A stretch of 63,266 bases of DNA, filler included, from Globobulimina sp. (GCA_003354225.1; 15 parts of 15 records of this genome joined end to end with filler, not necessarily neighbours in it), one strand, 5' to 3'. Positions 12,513-25,120 are shown, counted from the whole stretch's first letter. The notes: generated by a model from the letters alone, not told the origin. Translations and numbers: made by a program.

Positions 12513-13086
12513 AAACAATAATTATATTAAATCACTCACACAAAATGTTGTATTTATAACTCGTTTTTTTTTTTAATTTGTTTTTTGTTATTATCTNNNN
12601 NNNNNNNNNNNNNNNNNNNNNNNNNNNNNNNNNNNNNNNNTTAATTAATTAANNNNNNNNNNNNNNNNNNNNNNNNNNNNNNNNNNNNNNNNNNNNAATC
12701 ATTACCACAAGTGATCTAAATCCCAACTTATGACTACTACCGATTTGCCTTTTTATTAACAAATTTGAATACTTCATTAACAATTTAATTAAAAAATGCG
12801 TGACATGTGCTCCATTCTATAAATATATTAGTACAACTAATATATATATTAGTACTAATATGCGTACCTCTTATCGGGAACACTACTGTACGAGAAACCG
12901 TGTTTGTTGTGTTGTTATCCTTTCATTGTTGTGAACTGCAAATAAAACTAAGTTGATTTTTAATATTTCCTCTCAAAAATATCTGTATTGCATTTTTGTT
13001 ACATTATTGTGTGTATTAAGTAACTAAATTTAAAATGGACTGCGTTTAACACATTGAAAACATTATAATGTAAACTTTGTAAATAG

Positions 13087-14173
13087 ATCAAGTATTAATT
13101 GATCGCAAAGCAAAATCGGATGGGATTTTGATTGAAAAGAAGGCCGTCATTGAAATGGCTTTAAAAGAATTCACACATTTATTATTAGATGGATTTGGAA
13201 ATATTTATTTATCGCGCACTGGAAAGCTTTCATTAAAAAGAAGGCGAATTTTAATGTATTATGGAAGACAGTGACTGAGAGAACATTAGATTTATTATTC
13301 AAATACGCCGAGAAAGATCAGGAGAATATGCCTGTTATTAAATATATATTGGCAAACTTGAAGAAAATGAGGCTGTTTATTAATGGAACAGTTAATTCTA
13401 TGATTAATAACAAAGACATTTCGAACGACTCGTTTTGGATTAAGATGGGAGTATGCTTCGAAGTGAATAATTTTGTGGAGAATGGCAAGAAATTGGATTG
13501 GAATTCGGCTGAATTTATGCATGAATGGACACAAATGAGTAAATCGGAGGATAAACCTGCGATTGTTATGAATGCATTGCCTGAGATTTGTTTGGGTGAT
13601 ATTGAAGAATCCGTATTAAATAATGATGAAAATAAGATGAAGAAAGATAAAAATAAAGATTTTGCGTGTTTTACCTGTGGGAAACCGCATTTTCAACGTA
13701 ATTGCCCTACGCAATTAAAGAAGAAATTGGCAGACGAAAGAAGAAGAAATCGAAGAAGTTGGGACAATAGGAATCAGTATGAATATGGAACGCATGCAAA
13801 ACGAAGAAAATTGAGTCGATCTGAAATGAGTCGGTCTTATTATCCGTATGAACCATATCGAGCAGCTTCAGAGTATGTAGAGGAGGAACAAAAGAGTCGT
13901 GGCAGTGAGAGAGGGCGAGACGTGGTCCATGTCAATGAACACCTTTATTTCAAGAGGAATGGACAGCATTTTATTAAGGAGGAATATAAAGGAAAGGAAA
14001 TCTGTAGATACGCGAAGAAGAAAAGATGCAGACATAATAATTTCATGGACTGCAATTACGGACATTACTGTTCTTTCTGTGGTATTGCTGGGGCTCATAT
14101 GTCCAAAGATTGTCCAAAAGCGCAATCGGGTCACTTTGCAGGACATTTTGATAGAAGCTCGAGGCGGCATTAG
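13087..14173 (+). pseudogene. gag-like 3' exon of the DIRS-like element (CCHC knuckles plus CCCH finger), with an internal deletion/frameshift near 13210
   Basis: After acceptor AG at 13085-86 it reads QVLIDRKAKSDG..LLLDGFGN, then shifts frame to WKAFIKKKANF..TER. Contains CFTCGKPHFQRNC, CRYAKKKRC..C..GH and CSFCGIAGAHMSKDC. Confidence 0.8.
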
Positions 14174-14670
14174 ATCATTATAGATTTTTTATGCATATTT
14201 TTTATGATTTATATTACATTTTGTTTGGATCTGGTTCTCGTTGATATTGTTGTATCAACGCGTTACCATTTATGATTTAGATTTTATTATGCATGGAATA
14301 ACTGTAATATTGCTGTATTATGGATATTCATTTATTTTTTATATAATTTATTCAATGGTAGGAAACTGTTGATTGGTTGCTATGCTATATAGTAAAAGTT
14401 GTAAATCAATAGTTGATTCTTTTTGTTTTTTAAACTTATAAACAATGTTATCGTTGTAACTTGTTATTTAATTGCATTTTTAGTTTGTTTTAAAGAGAAC
14501 TTTGAATCGCGTTGAGAGAACTAACTGGTGGCAACCAATGGGCATTTTACGTCAGAAGAAAGCAATTGTAATTGCTCCCGACGTTTATGTTTGAGGAAAT
14601 AATGTTTGTGTGTTAATAAAAAATATATTCTCATCAGTTGTTGCTGAAAAGAGTCGTTTTGGCAAAGTAA

Positions 14671-16523
14671 GCTAAAACAAGAGGTTATGTTGTCGAAAAT
14701 GTTTTATTTCTGTTATGGCTTGGGACACCCAATGGCTATGTTCCTTTATTTGTAAGACCAAAAGAGAGAGATCCCGTTACAGGAGAGGTATTACAATGGA
14801 GAGTGATTAGAGATGGTACCTTTGGATCGGAGGAGTTTCCATCATTGAATATGCTAACTGGCGACGATCAGGCTCATGTTAAATTATTTTATTTACAGAA
14901 TCTTGTGAATTATTGCTGTATATTTTATTTACAATGGGGCAGTGGTTTCTATTTAGCCAAAACAGATTTGGCCACTGCTTTTCGTCAATTACCGTTAGCA
15001 ATAACTGAACCTGAAAATTGTGCGTACAAATTTGATGGCAAAGTAATTTTGGATTGCTATGATTTTTGGGGTACGCGCTCAGGTTCGAAGCACACACAAG
15101 ATTGCGGTCGAATTGTGTGCAGATATTACAATCTTAAAATTAATGGATTACAGTTAGTGGAAGACGTTAATATGGCTATTGATAAATGCAATGTAATGTA
15201 TTTTTATGATAAGTTTGTCAATGAGCTGAAGAATGAAAGTGTTTGTAATGAAGAATATGTATTATTGTTTAAATGGAATGCAAATATAATAAAACGTTGG
15301 TTGAGTAATAATGATATGAAGATTGTATGCAAATTGGTAGATGCATACATACATACCAAATGGCAATGCATTGATATCATTAAATGAATGTGCTGCTGCT
15401 ATCAATTTACCGTCAGATATTTTCAGATTATTAAAAAATGTCAACTTTTTCAACAAATTATTGATTTTGAAGTTGAAATGTAAGCAATTAATGCATTTGA
15501 TTTTGAATAATTATATTGATGATTACGTATTATTTCTGCCACCAATTTTACAGACTGCAAATGAGATTTTTCTGAATTTCTGTAAATTTTTGAAGGTGTT
15601 AGGTTTGGAAGAATTGCCTCGAAAAAGAAATGGCCCAAATACATTATTAGAGATAATCGGTTATGTCATTGATTCTAAATTAATGAAGATATCTGTGTCG
15701 AAATTGAAGATACAAAAAATCAAAACTTTAATTTTTGCGGCTTTATTACATGAATCATTGATGTTGGATGAATTTGAATCATTAATTGGTAAATTGCAGG
15801 ATATTTCTAATTTGGCATGGCCTGGAAAAGCGTTTCTAAGGCGATTAAGAGAAAAATTGTATAAATATATTAAATTGTATGGGAGAAAGAATGTAGTCAT
15901 ACATTTGTCTGCTTGGGAATTGAAGGATTTATGGTGGTGGGCAAAGTATATTGATATTGTTACTTCAGTGTCAATATTAGATTTAGGGAATACGCGATTG
16001 CCGGAAGATGAAATTCATTTTGATGGTGCTACAAATGGATCGAGAATGAATGGATGGTGTCCGGCCATTGGTGTATGGTATAAAGGGCATTATATTTCAG
16101 CTAAAATACCAGAAAAATATACCAATATCTTTGTATCGCATAATAAAGAATATGAGACAGAATATGCGATTGCTCACTTTGAAATGATTGCGATTATTGT
16201 TGGATTGTATAATTTTAAACATTTATTCAAGCCATACACAAAATTAATGATGAAAACAGATAATAAATACGTTAAATATGTATTGAAAAATAAAAATGCG
16301 TCTGATGAGTTTTTACAATCATATCTGTATGTTTGCGGTGCAATATAAAATTCATATTTATATTAATTATGTGAATACAAAATTTAATAAATTGCCAGAT
16401 ATGGCTTCGAGATTTGATTATTATCGATTCAAGCAATTAGCAGGGAAAAAATGCAGGATAAATAATTGGAATTTGTTTAATCATTCAGCAAATTTTATGT
16501 TTCCTAATATACATGAATGGTAA
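14671..16523 (+). pseudogene. Reverse transcriptase-RNase H (pol) of the DIRS-like element; two frameshifts
   Basis: RT: VPLFVRPK..WRVIRDG..SLN, AKTDLATAFRQLP, FWGTRSG, YIDD (15512), LEIIGYVIDS, ESLIGKL. RNase H: FDG, AHFEMIAI, KTDN, NKLPDMASR. Frameshifts at about 15350 (CATA duplication) and about 16318. Confidence 0.85.
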
Positions 16524-17063
16524 TTCATTGTTGAAATACACTGACCTTTTTGCATATTGTTGTATGTGATATTTCTGTGTTGCATGCATTTAAATATTAA
16601 AAATATAAAAATAAAAATAAAACTAAAAGTAAAGGAGCCATGCATTTTAAGCACTGAAGGGGGCCCAAACACAAAACTATAAAATAAACACAAAAAACTA
16701 AACTATATAGTCAGAAAAAGAACGTTTAATAATCCAGTTTTTAATCTGGTTGCTCCCATATATATGGTGGTGTAAAGATATCGTCAGAGGGAACGTATCA
16801 AGATGGTTTCTTAGAATTTTGGCGANNNNNNNNNNNNNNNNNNNNNNNNNNNNNNNNNNNNNNNNNNNNTTAATTAATTAANNNNNNNNNNNNNNNNNNN
16901 NNNNNNNNNNNNNNNNNNNNNNNNNCGACTTATTTTGCGTTATATATGCTTGCAGCACTTGTGTTTGTTTAGTTTATTGAATATATCAACTGTAATCCAG
17001 TATTGTTTCACTTTAAGAAACATTTTCAAATTTTGAGTGAAGTCGAAGATTGTTGATCCAAAC

Positions 17064-20000
17064 ATGGATCGTTTTCAGTGGTGTACTCATTCAAATTGCA
17101 ATCAAAACTGTCAACAATATTACCAGAGTCCACACAATCAGCATACGCATCATTCGCATGGTCATGTTCATCAAAATATGCATAGTCAACCATCAGAATG
17201 TAAACATGAACATATGCATGGTCCTGTTCATCAACATATGCATGGCCAAAATCAGCAATATGGTACATGTCATTTTTCAAATGCGCACAATATGAATATG
17301 CCACCAAAACCTATGCGAAACACGACACGACAACAATGTGGTATGTCGTGTTAATTGGATGTTTTTTTGACATCGATCAAACTGTAATGTAGAAAACGTT
17401 TTTGTGCAAGGATACTTTTTCAAACTTTACATTTGCAAAAGTTAAACACGTACAGATGGATATTCGTCATCAAGTCAGTGTAATGGCGCATTTATTGGAT
17501 ATAATTCAACTCAAAATCATTATAATCATGAAAATCAATATAAACAACATAATAATCATTCAGGTAACGTATAACATGAGAATCTATATATAATACTATA
17601 AAAAATGAGAATTTATATATTTATTTATATAGCATTGAATCGAGCGCCTTTTACAGACGTTACTGGAACGAATATGTATCAAAAACAAGCTCAGATTCCA
17701 CAAAAAAGCGAATATAAATCAATTGCAGCAATAACAGGTTTGAGTTAATAATTTATAGAACAATAAAATCCGATTAACCTGCAACAGTTTGAGATATTTT
17801 TATGATTAATTTTGTCAGTTAACAACGCCTAAAACAATAAAATTTGATTAACCCGCAACAGTTTGACATATTTTTATGATCAATTTTGTGAGTTAACAAC
17901 GTCTGAAACAATAAAATGTGATTAACCTGCAACTGTTTGACATATTTTTATGATCAATTTTGTGAGTTAACAACGCCTAAAACAATAAAATTTGATTAAC
18001 CTGCAACTGTTTGACATATTTTTATGATCAATTTTGTGAGTTAACAACGTCTGAAACAATAAAATTCGATCAACCTGCAACTGTTTGACATTATTTTATG
18101 TCAATATATTTTATGAATTTGTGTGTTTAACTAAACAGAAATAGAAATACATCAAGTTCCAGGTCTATGGATATCATATAACGCGGATAAATGTAGATTT
18201 TTATTAAGTAATTGTTGTGGACCAAATTATAAATTTTTTAATTGCGAAAATATTGCGAATATATTAGACACAAAACATTGGGAATATTTTAGTGAATTTA
18301 ATGACGAAGACGTTGAGCAATTGTCCACATTGTTAGGATGTGAACAGAGATCAAAATATATATTAAAAGGATTATTACAACGAATATCAAATCAAATTAC
18401 AGAGTTTAAAAAGCATAAAACTAATAAAATTAGAAAAAATGCAATGTATTTAGATGATAATATTGATAAAGTAAAAGATGAACAATCGGATGAGTCAAAT
18501 GATGAAACTGGCGCAGAAACTGAGGAATCAGAGGAAAATGGCATTGATGTATCGGATATGAAGAAAATAAATAAAACAAAACAAGTATTTAAACATTTAT
18601 TTATATATTTAATTATCTTTACATATATATCTATAAACATACAGCTTATACGAAAATGCATAAAATCAACAGGTAAATGCACACAAAGTGTTTTTGATAA
18701 ATATTTAAGCGAAAATCATCCAAATTATGAATTCTGTGGTCTTTATCATCATTATGTTGCATTGAATTATTTAAATGAATTAAATTGTCCATGGAAAGGT
18801 GAATGGTTTTTTGTGCCATGGGGTAAAATGAGGAGTGGAGAGAAAAATTGTCGATTAAAATTTGCAGCAAAAAAATCGAAAAAAAAATTAAAAAAATCAA
18901 AATGTAAAATTATCAAACCATCAAAAAAACGAAGACGATCCAATACAAATCAAGTAATTGAAACTGCAAATGATGATACTGACAATGACGAAGACAGTGA
19001 TTATTCAGAACCTCGTCAATCGCAAAAACAACAACCAACAAATAATAAAAATGCAGATGAAAGTGAACACGAATCCGATGTTGATATGCAAAATAAAGAA
19101 AAAAAAGATGTTGAGATTGATGAAGTGAATGAAAAAGAGAAAGAAACAGAAAATAATAATAAAAATACAGAGAAAGCAGAAGCAGAAGCAGATAATGAAA
19201 ATAATAATAATGAAGAGATTGTTAATGATGATGAAACAAAGTAAGTTGACTCTGATTTTTTTTTGTTTGTTTGAACCTTTATAAATCGATTGTGCTCTGC
19301 TAATTTTTGTACAGGAATATTTATTTATCATTTAAATTTCAACAGCAAAGACAAAATGTTGAAATATGTAGTCTGCCACGCAAAAAAATAAAGAATAAGA
19401 AAACAAAAGTTAAAGACCCAAAACGAACTCCTCAAAAAAAATGCAATCATTCATCAAACAATGATAACAATTGTCAACGAAGTAATTTTGAGCAAGACTC
19501 AAAAGATTTTAATGATTATAAACAGAATTGCTTTGATGCTTTTCAACAGAAAAAACGCGACCAAAAAATCAAATATGTCGCACAATATATCAAATGGATT
19601 GTACCAAAAAATGATAAATCTAAACAAGAATGGCTGAGTGGAGAACATAAAAAAAGATATCCCTCATATATAATTGAATTGCCATTACGAAGTGGATTGT
19701 CATATGTTGTTGTGTGTAGTGTTTATTTCCGATGGTTTTACGATATAGGCATTTCAAAATGGAAGAATTGGTTGGAAGTGATTTGGTTACAACGAACAAG
19801 AGGTTTATTAGATATTGAAGTTAAGTCAAAATATAAAGGATATTGTAATAAATTGGTGACACCAACATGGACCAATGTAGCAGAACAAATCGCTGTTAAA
19901 CACACTAAATTAATTGAAACACATTATGCTAAAAGAGATACAGTATGTTTTGATCAATTGGATGGTGAACAAATGACAATTCAACGATTATGGTGTATGA

Positions 20001-21053
20001 TCATTGAAATTGATCAACCAGTCTCATATGAAACATATATTAAACCATTTGGTTCGTTAGCAATGTATTTGCAGTCATTGAAGAAAAAACAATGCAAAAA
20101 GTTAATTAACAATATACCAAAACCATTTCCTTGTTTTGGTCATTTTAGAGTTGTATTTCCGCGGATATTTGATACTGTTTTTGGCAGAATTAGTGGTGAT
20201 AAATGTAATTCATGTAAACAATTAAAACTTGCATCTGAGCATTGTGTAGAAATTATTAAAAGAAATGACTTGTTAGCGGCATTAAAATATCATCAAACAT
20301 GGGCTGCTTTCAAATATCAATGGAATACTCATTGTAAAGAAATATCTTATTTATCATTTCATGAAAAAGACATTGACATTAAATGTTTTAAAAAAACAAA
20401 AGAATCAAAGGTTTATCCAAATACATCGGTTCATTGTGAATTTGATTTTGATGTTTCATATTCTGAATCACATATACGAGAAAATGTGGATTATTATTCG
20501 TCACAAATATGTTGCAAATCATTTTCCGTACATCTCACCCCCGGTGATGAAAAGAGAGGACAAAAAAAAGTTTGTATGTGGAGTGACATGGTGGGTAAAA
20601 AAACAGGAGAAGAAGTTATAGGTCGTCTTGAGTATTGTTTAATTGAGAGAAATATAGGAGCAGAAAGAGCATTTTTTCATTCTGACACAGCATTAAGAAC
20701 ATATTTATTTTATATGTGGATTGTTTGGATTTGTCATCCACAGAATCCAAATATATTATTTTTATCAGCTTCTGCATTGACATCAACTGTTGGACATTCC
20801 CGTTTGGATGCAGATACAACACAAAGAACAATGAGACATTGGTTTAAAAAAAAAGAATCATTTCGAAATTGTCAGGACAGAGTACAATATATTAATAAAA
20901 ATACCGGTGTTGAAGCAATTGAAATGAAATCATTTTATCATGTTCCTGTTTTATTCCATGAGATATTTATCAAACCAGATAAATGGGTGGATCAGTTTGG
21001 AAATAAAGCCAACATTAAACATGATCCTGGATTGTGCTATAATTCAGGTCAAA
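17064..21053 (+). mobile_element. Multi-exon DNA-transposase-like gene (DDD type, Sola1/DUF7869-like); 3' end cut by contig end
   Basis: The last exon has DKCNSC..H, EFDFD, CMWSDMVGKKTGEEV..L, FHSD and VGHSRLDAD, matching the D-C-x2-C / D / W..rG..E / SD / GHS-x3-D pattern. Upstream His-rich and acidic exons appear linked by GT-AG introns; the last (19241-19314) was checked in phase. Superfamily assignment is tentative and no terminal repeats are visible. Confidence 0.65.
17759..18100. repeat. 74-bp tandem minisatellite, about 4.6 copies, intronic
   Basis: Unit AACAATAAAAT..GATTAACCTGCAAC.GTTTGACATATTTTTATGATCAATTTTGTGAGTTAACAACG(CCTAA/TCTGA) starts at 17759 and 17833. It lies between donor GT at about 17738 and acceptor AG at about 18138. 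Confidence 0.95.
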
Positions 21054-21153
21054 NNNNNNNNNNNNNNNNNNNNNNNNNNNNNNNNNNNNNNNNNNNNTTA
21101 ATTAATTAANNNNNNNNNNNNNNNNNNNNNNNNNNNNNNNNNNNNNNNNNNNN

Positions 21154-21375
21154 TCAATTGCCACACCTGGCGCAAATACTGTCAAATATGGTGGCAATAC
21201 CTCGTGTCTCGAGATGCGCTGCGGTGACAAGGTCTTAATTTTTGATGGCGGCACCGGAGTGCGATATCTCGGCAACCATCTGGCCAATGAGGCGCCGCTG
21301 GATATCGACATGTTCCTGACCCACACCCATCTGGACCACGTTTGCGGGTTGCCGTTCTTCAAGCCATTTTATGAT
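21154..21375 (+). CDS. Fragment of a bacterial MBL-fold metallo-hydrolase (chimeric contig end)
   Basis: SIATPGANTVKYGGNTSCLEMRCG..IFDGGTG..FLTHTHLDHVCGLPFF (HxHxDH motif). GC content is higher than the adjoining ligase. Confidence 0.9.
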
Positions 21376-23127
21376 GCGCAAAACAAAACTCACCGGCTAT
21401 TTCACTGAAAGAGTTATGTAAAAACGCTCTCCGTTCAGCAAATGTTGCAGATATTAATGGCTTGTCATTGATTAATAAACAGTCAAAGGCATAAATACAA
21501 ACAGATACAGAAATATCAGTTGCTTTCACATTCTTCCGTTTGCGTGTAATTAACGTGGCAAATGGCAAAATCGTATTGTTCGTACGGTCAAATGCGACGA
21601 TTTCCGAATCGATAATAAACGATGAAATATCTTTATGTTTAAATCTATTCACTGTACCTAATAATTCTGGGAATTTCCCTGTGTTATCCTCCGCATTGCG
21701 GGAGAATATTTTAATAGTTCCATCCGATAATAAATGGATTTGTGCGCGTTCCCCATCGTATTTATACTCCAATGTAAAGCGCATATTTTCAAATCTTTTC
21801 AATATCTCAGAGATCCCTTTCGTGGGTTTCGCCAACATTGCTTTGATGGGAATGCCGGAGGTTAAATGGCAATGTTTGCTTAAATTCTGTATCCCATATT
21901 TTATCAATGAATCGATTATCATTTCATAATTTGGTAACTGCGAAACAGCAGTTTTTAATATCGTTGTATATAAAGCCTCCAAATCTGCCAATTTTTGATA
22001 ATTTTGTTGCTTTTTTTTATTGAAAATATTTAATTCATTGAAGGCCAATGCTCGGCCTAACGCACTTAGCACCGTTTGCTCGTTGACACCAATACGTAAT
22101 CTGCCTTGTAAATGCCGTACGATATATCGACATTCACTGCTTTGTGAGGAGACAAATAATCGTTGAATATTTCGCACTTTTTCTTGTTGTGTGCCAGTGC
22201 CCGAAGTGGACGCTATTTTTTTGAAGGTTTCAAACACATTTTTGACGGTTAATGGTTTGGGTTTAAATAACGTATTTTGTTTAGAGCGACAATTTACAGC
22301 CACATCGCCTAAATCGCCCTGTTTGGTGCAGTCGGATTTGATGTCGCGCAATTTTCTCCCCGTGGACTCGCATAAGGCTTTCAAGATTATGCCATCACCG
22401 ATACCTAATTCAAGCCCATCGTATGGCGGTGCTATCTCATTGCAACATAAGTAGACACAATGCAGTAATTCAGAGGAGCGTAAATGCAAAATACTGCGAA
22501 ATACACGGCTTATAATCTCAATCTTTTCTAATCGTTTGGTGGTCGCAGCTAATTTATCAAACATCGATGCAATGATAATATATTCCACTTCTTTCTTAGG
22601 GTTGAAACCACAGTCATTTACGACGTCATATTTGCAGGCAGCTTTCAATGAGGATTCTCTTTGTTTTTAGGTGTAAAGAAATATCTGGAATATTCTGAGA
22701 AGAACTTAACTCACTTGATTTTGGACAATGGCATGGAGGGTTTATTGTTTTTTTTAGTTGGGTTTGTGTTGAGGTTGAGGTCGGGATGGAAATCGTCGTC
22801 ATCTGCTTCCATGGATTCATCCGGATCTGATATGCATTTTTCTTCCTCATTATTATTGATCTCATTAACTTGTTGTTTAATTTTAAGAGATTTAATCGAT
22901 GGAATGGTATCATTTTCCGATTTCTTATTGTTTTCTTCAGTTTCTTGGTTGTCTTTATTGTCCGTATTTTTATTGTCTGTATTTTTATTGTCTGTATTTT
23001 TATTGTTGGTGTTATTGGTTTGATTATCTGGCTGTATTAATAATTTTCTTTTCTTTTTTGCAGGAGCTAAAGATTCATCGTTATCACTATTTTTACGTTT
23101 TCGACTGAAAAAATTGCGAATGTCCAT
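21370..23127 (-). CDS. LIG1: ATP-dependent DNA ligase I; C-terminal part replaced by bacterial sequence
   Basis: N-terminal PIP-box-like MDIRNFF; intron 22659-22714 joins in frame; ELGIGD, GRLRIG, MLAKP; adenylation motif EYKYDGERAQIH; FIIDSEIV; AFDCL. Confidence 0.95.
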
Positions 23128-23384
23128 TTACAAAAAGTTGATAAAAGCAATAATAAATGCACTAAAATGAATAAGATCGATTGCTGATACCTCTAAGAAC
23201 GTTGCGATGATCTCTTACGAGAATGAAAAAACTTTCGCTTGGCTTGATATTTGATAAGCAATAAAGTTGTTTTAATTTTAAATATATTACATAAATCAAG
23301 ATAACAAATATCTTGCATTAATACTTATATATAATAGAGTATAAAACAAAACACGCAAACAAAATTATTAATAATGCGCATAAT

Positions 23385-25082
23385 TCAATATTCAACAAAT
23401 ACCATGGCAACACCAAAGGGCACCAATATTATCCCAAATATAACCATTCCCAATGCAATGTATCTTTTATATTTATATGATGCTCTTTGATTCTTTTTTA
23501 ACATTTCGATTGGCAAATAATAATAAAACAACCCAGGCAAAATAAAGGCTTATTAAACAAATATAAGTTAGATCAAAAACTACAGATTACATATATTTAA
23601 GGCTAATTTAAGCAGTCTGCAGTTAATCTGTTTTTGAGCTAACCTATAATCGTAGTCCCGGTGGAGCCAACAATACCAATCACAGCTCCTAAATCATCCG
23701 TAGCCATTGCAATCACAAACGATAATAACACAATTGTCCATGTAATTAGATTATATTTCACCCAATGCAATTCCTTTGCATTTGCTACACCAAATATCAA
23801 TGAACTGAAAGAATTCCTCGCCGGATATGCTAACACCGGGTATGAAAATGCAATCGCTAATGACAAACAAATGCGACAAATTAATATCGGTATGGTTTTG
23901 GGGTATGCAGTTAACAAATTTGATGGCGCAGAAACACCAAAACTATAATATCCACTCGCAGCTACAACCATATATACGCACATACAAAACGTTTCCGATG
24001 CAATTAGTACCTTATTTAAGTTTGGTTTTGACGCTATTTGTAATTCATTAACTACACTGAATGCATTTTGATGACAGGTATATGCAAATATTATCACTGG
24101 AGCTGCTTTGAAGAACTTTAATAAATCAGTGGCACTATGGATGGGTAAAAATTCTTTTTCATTATTTCTACAAAACTTTTCAAAACGATCAGGGTCATGT
24201 TCATCGCATAAATGTAAGCCGTCAATGAAGGCATATAAAATCACAATAATTGTGGTATAGGAAAAGCATACAATGGCTGCTGTAGAAGTAAACCTCAGTT
24301 GATCCATTTTTTTAAGGCGCGCAGTTGGAATAATAAATATAATTAAAAACACTACAATCCATAATTGGCGAGATTCTAACACATCCTCCACGGTGCTCGA
24401 CTTGACTCCATGCGCGCGATTGATAATTTGTTCAGCCACATCGGGCATATAATCACCAATCACAACTAAATAGGCACAGGCCACGCCAAAACAGGTGATA
24501 CCGACAGCAAAATCAACCAAATATTTCAATTTGGGCACGGTGGCCTCGCACATGGTGAGATAGGAGACACGGAGGTTGTTCTTATTTATTTTAAGAGTGT
24601 GTGCAGCCATCATTGCTAAATGTAAGGTAATTTGAGATGTGACAGCAAAAAATAATAATAAAAAAAAGCCTAACAGCCAGCCCATATGGGTCATGGCTTC
24701 GGGCAACGTTAATATGCCGGCACCAATCACGGTATTGCATAGATTCATACATGACGAAAATATTGTGGCTGCCGGTTGGTTTAGGAATGATGACTTGCGT
24801 CTTTCTTGTTGGTGCTTACTAACGTGTACTGTATTAAATCCTGATATTACTGATGTTTTTTCGTTTCCTTGGTCGTTAGGGCTGGTATCGTGACTATCGT
24901 AATACATATGCGATGCAGACAGTAATGCTTCTTCAATAGTTGGCGAACTGGCCGGTGCTTTCGCAAGCGAGTCCATTGAATCGTATTGACTTGGTATGAC
25001 GTCACTGGCTACTTTCTTCGCTAACATTAGACTACTAAGACTAGTACCAACTGACAAAAGCTTTTTTACAGTCACTTCAGTT
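23385..25082 (-). CDS. Amino-acid transporter (Aa_trans, SLC38/AVT-like); 5' exon missing
   Basis: NLCNTVIGAGILTLP, FAYTCHQN, AFSYPV and GIVGST. An intron at about 23549-23644 leads to the last exon FILPGLFY..VEY*. Confidence 0.92.
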
Positions 25083-25120
25083 CTAGTTTGTAATTTACTT
25101 TTTTTTTTTATCGAAATCAG

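Larger units (their letters stand above)
12697..16825 (+). mobile_element. Degenerate DIRS-like (tyrosine-recombinase class) retrotransposon, copy A: gag - RT - RNase H - probable start of YR
   Basis: Zn-knuckle gag, RT and RNase H motifs in DIRS-like order. Its gag is homologous to the gag lying next to a YR gene at 59149-63266. Confidence 0.8.

Noticed and set aside
14671-16523. Bacterial retron, DGR or group II intron RT
   Set aside because: It is followed by RNase H and preceded by gag; no ncRNA, template repeat or maturase features are visible.
17759-18100. CRISPR-like array
   Set aside because: The units are contiguous near-identical 74-mers without unique spacers; there are no cas genes and the context is intronic.
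21154-21375. Horizontal gene transfer of a bacterial hydrolase (likewise the ABC fragment at 29606-29754)
   Set aside because: Both are short fragments at contig ends that cut eukaryotic genes mid-exon; a chimera is more parsimonious.
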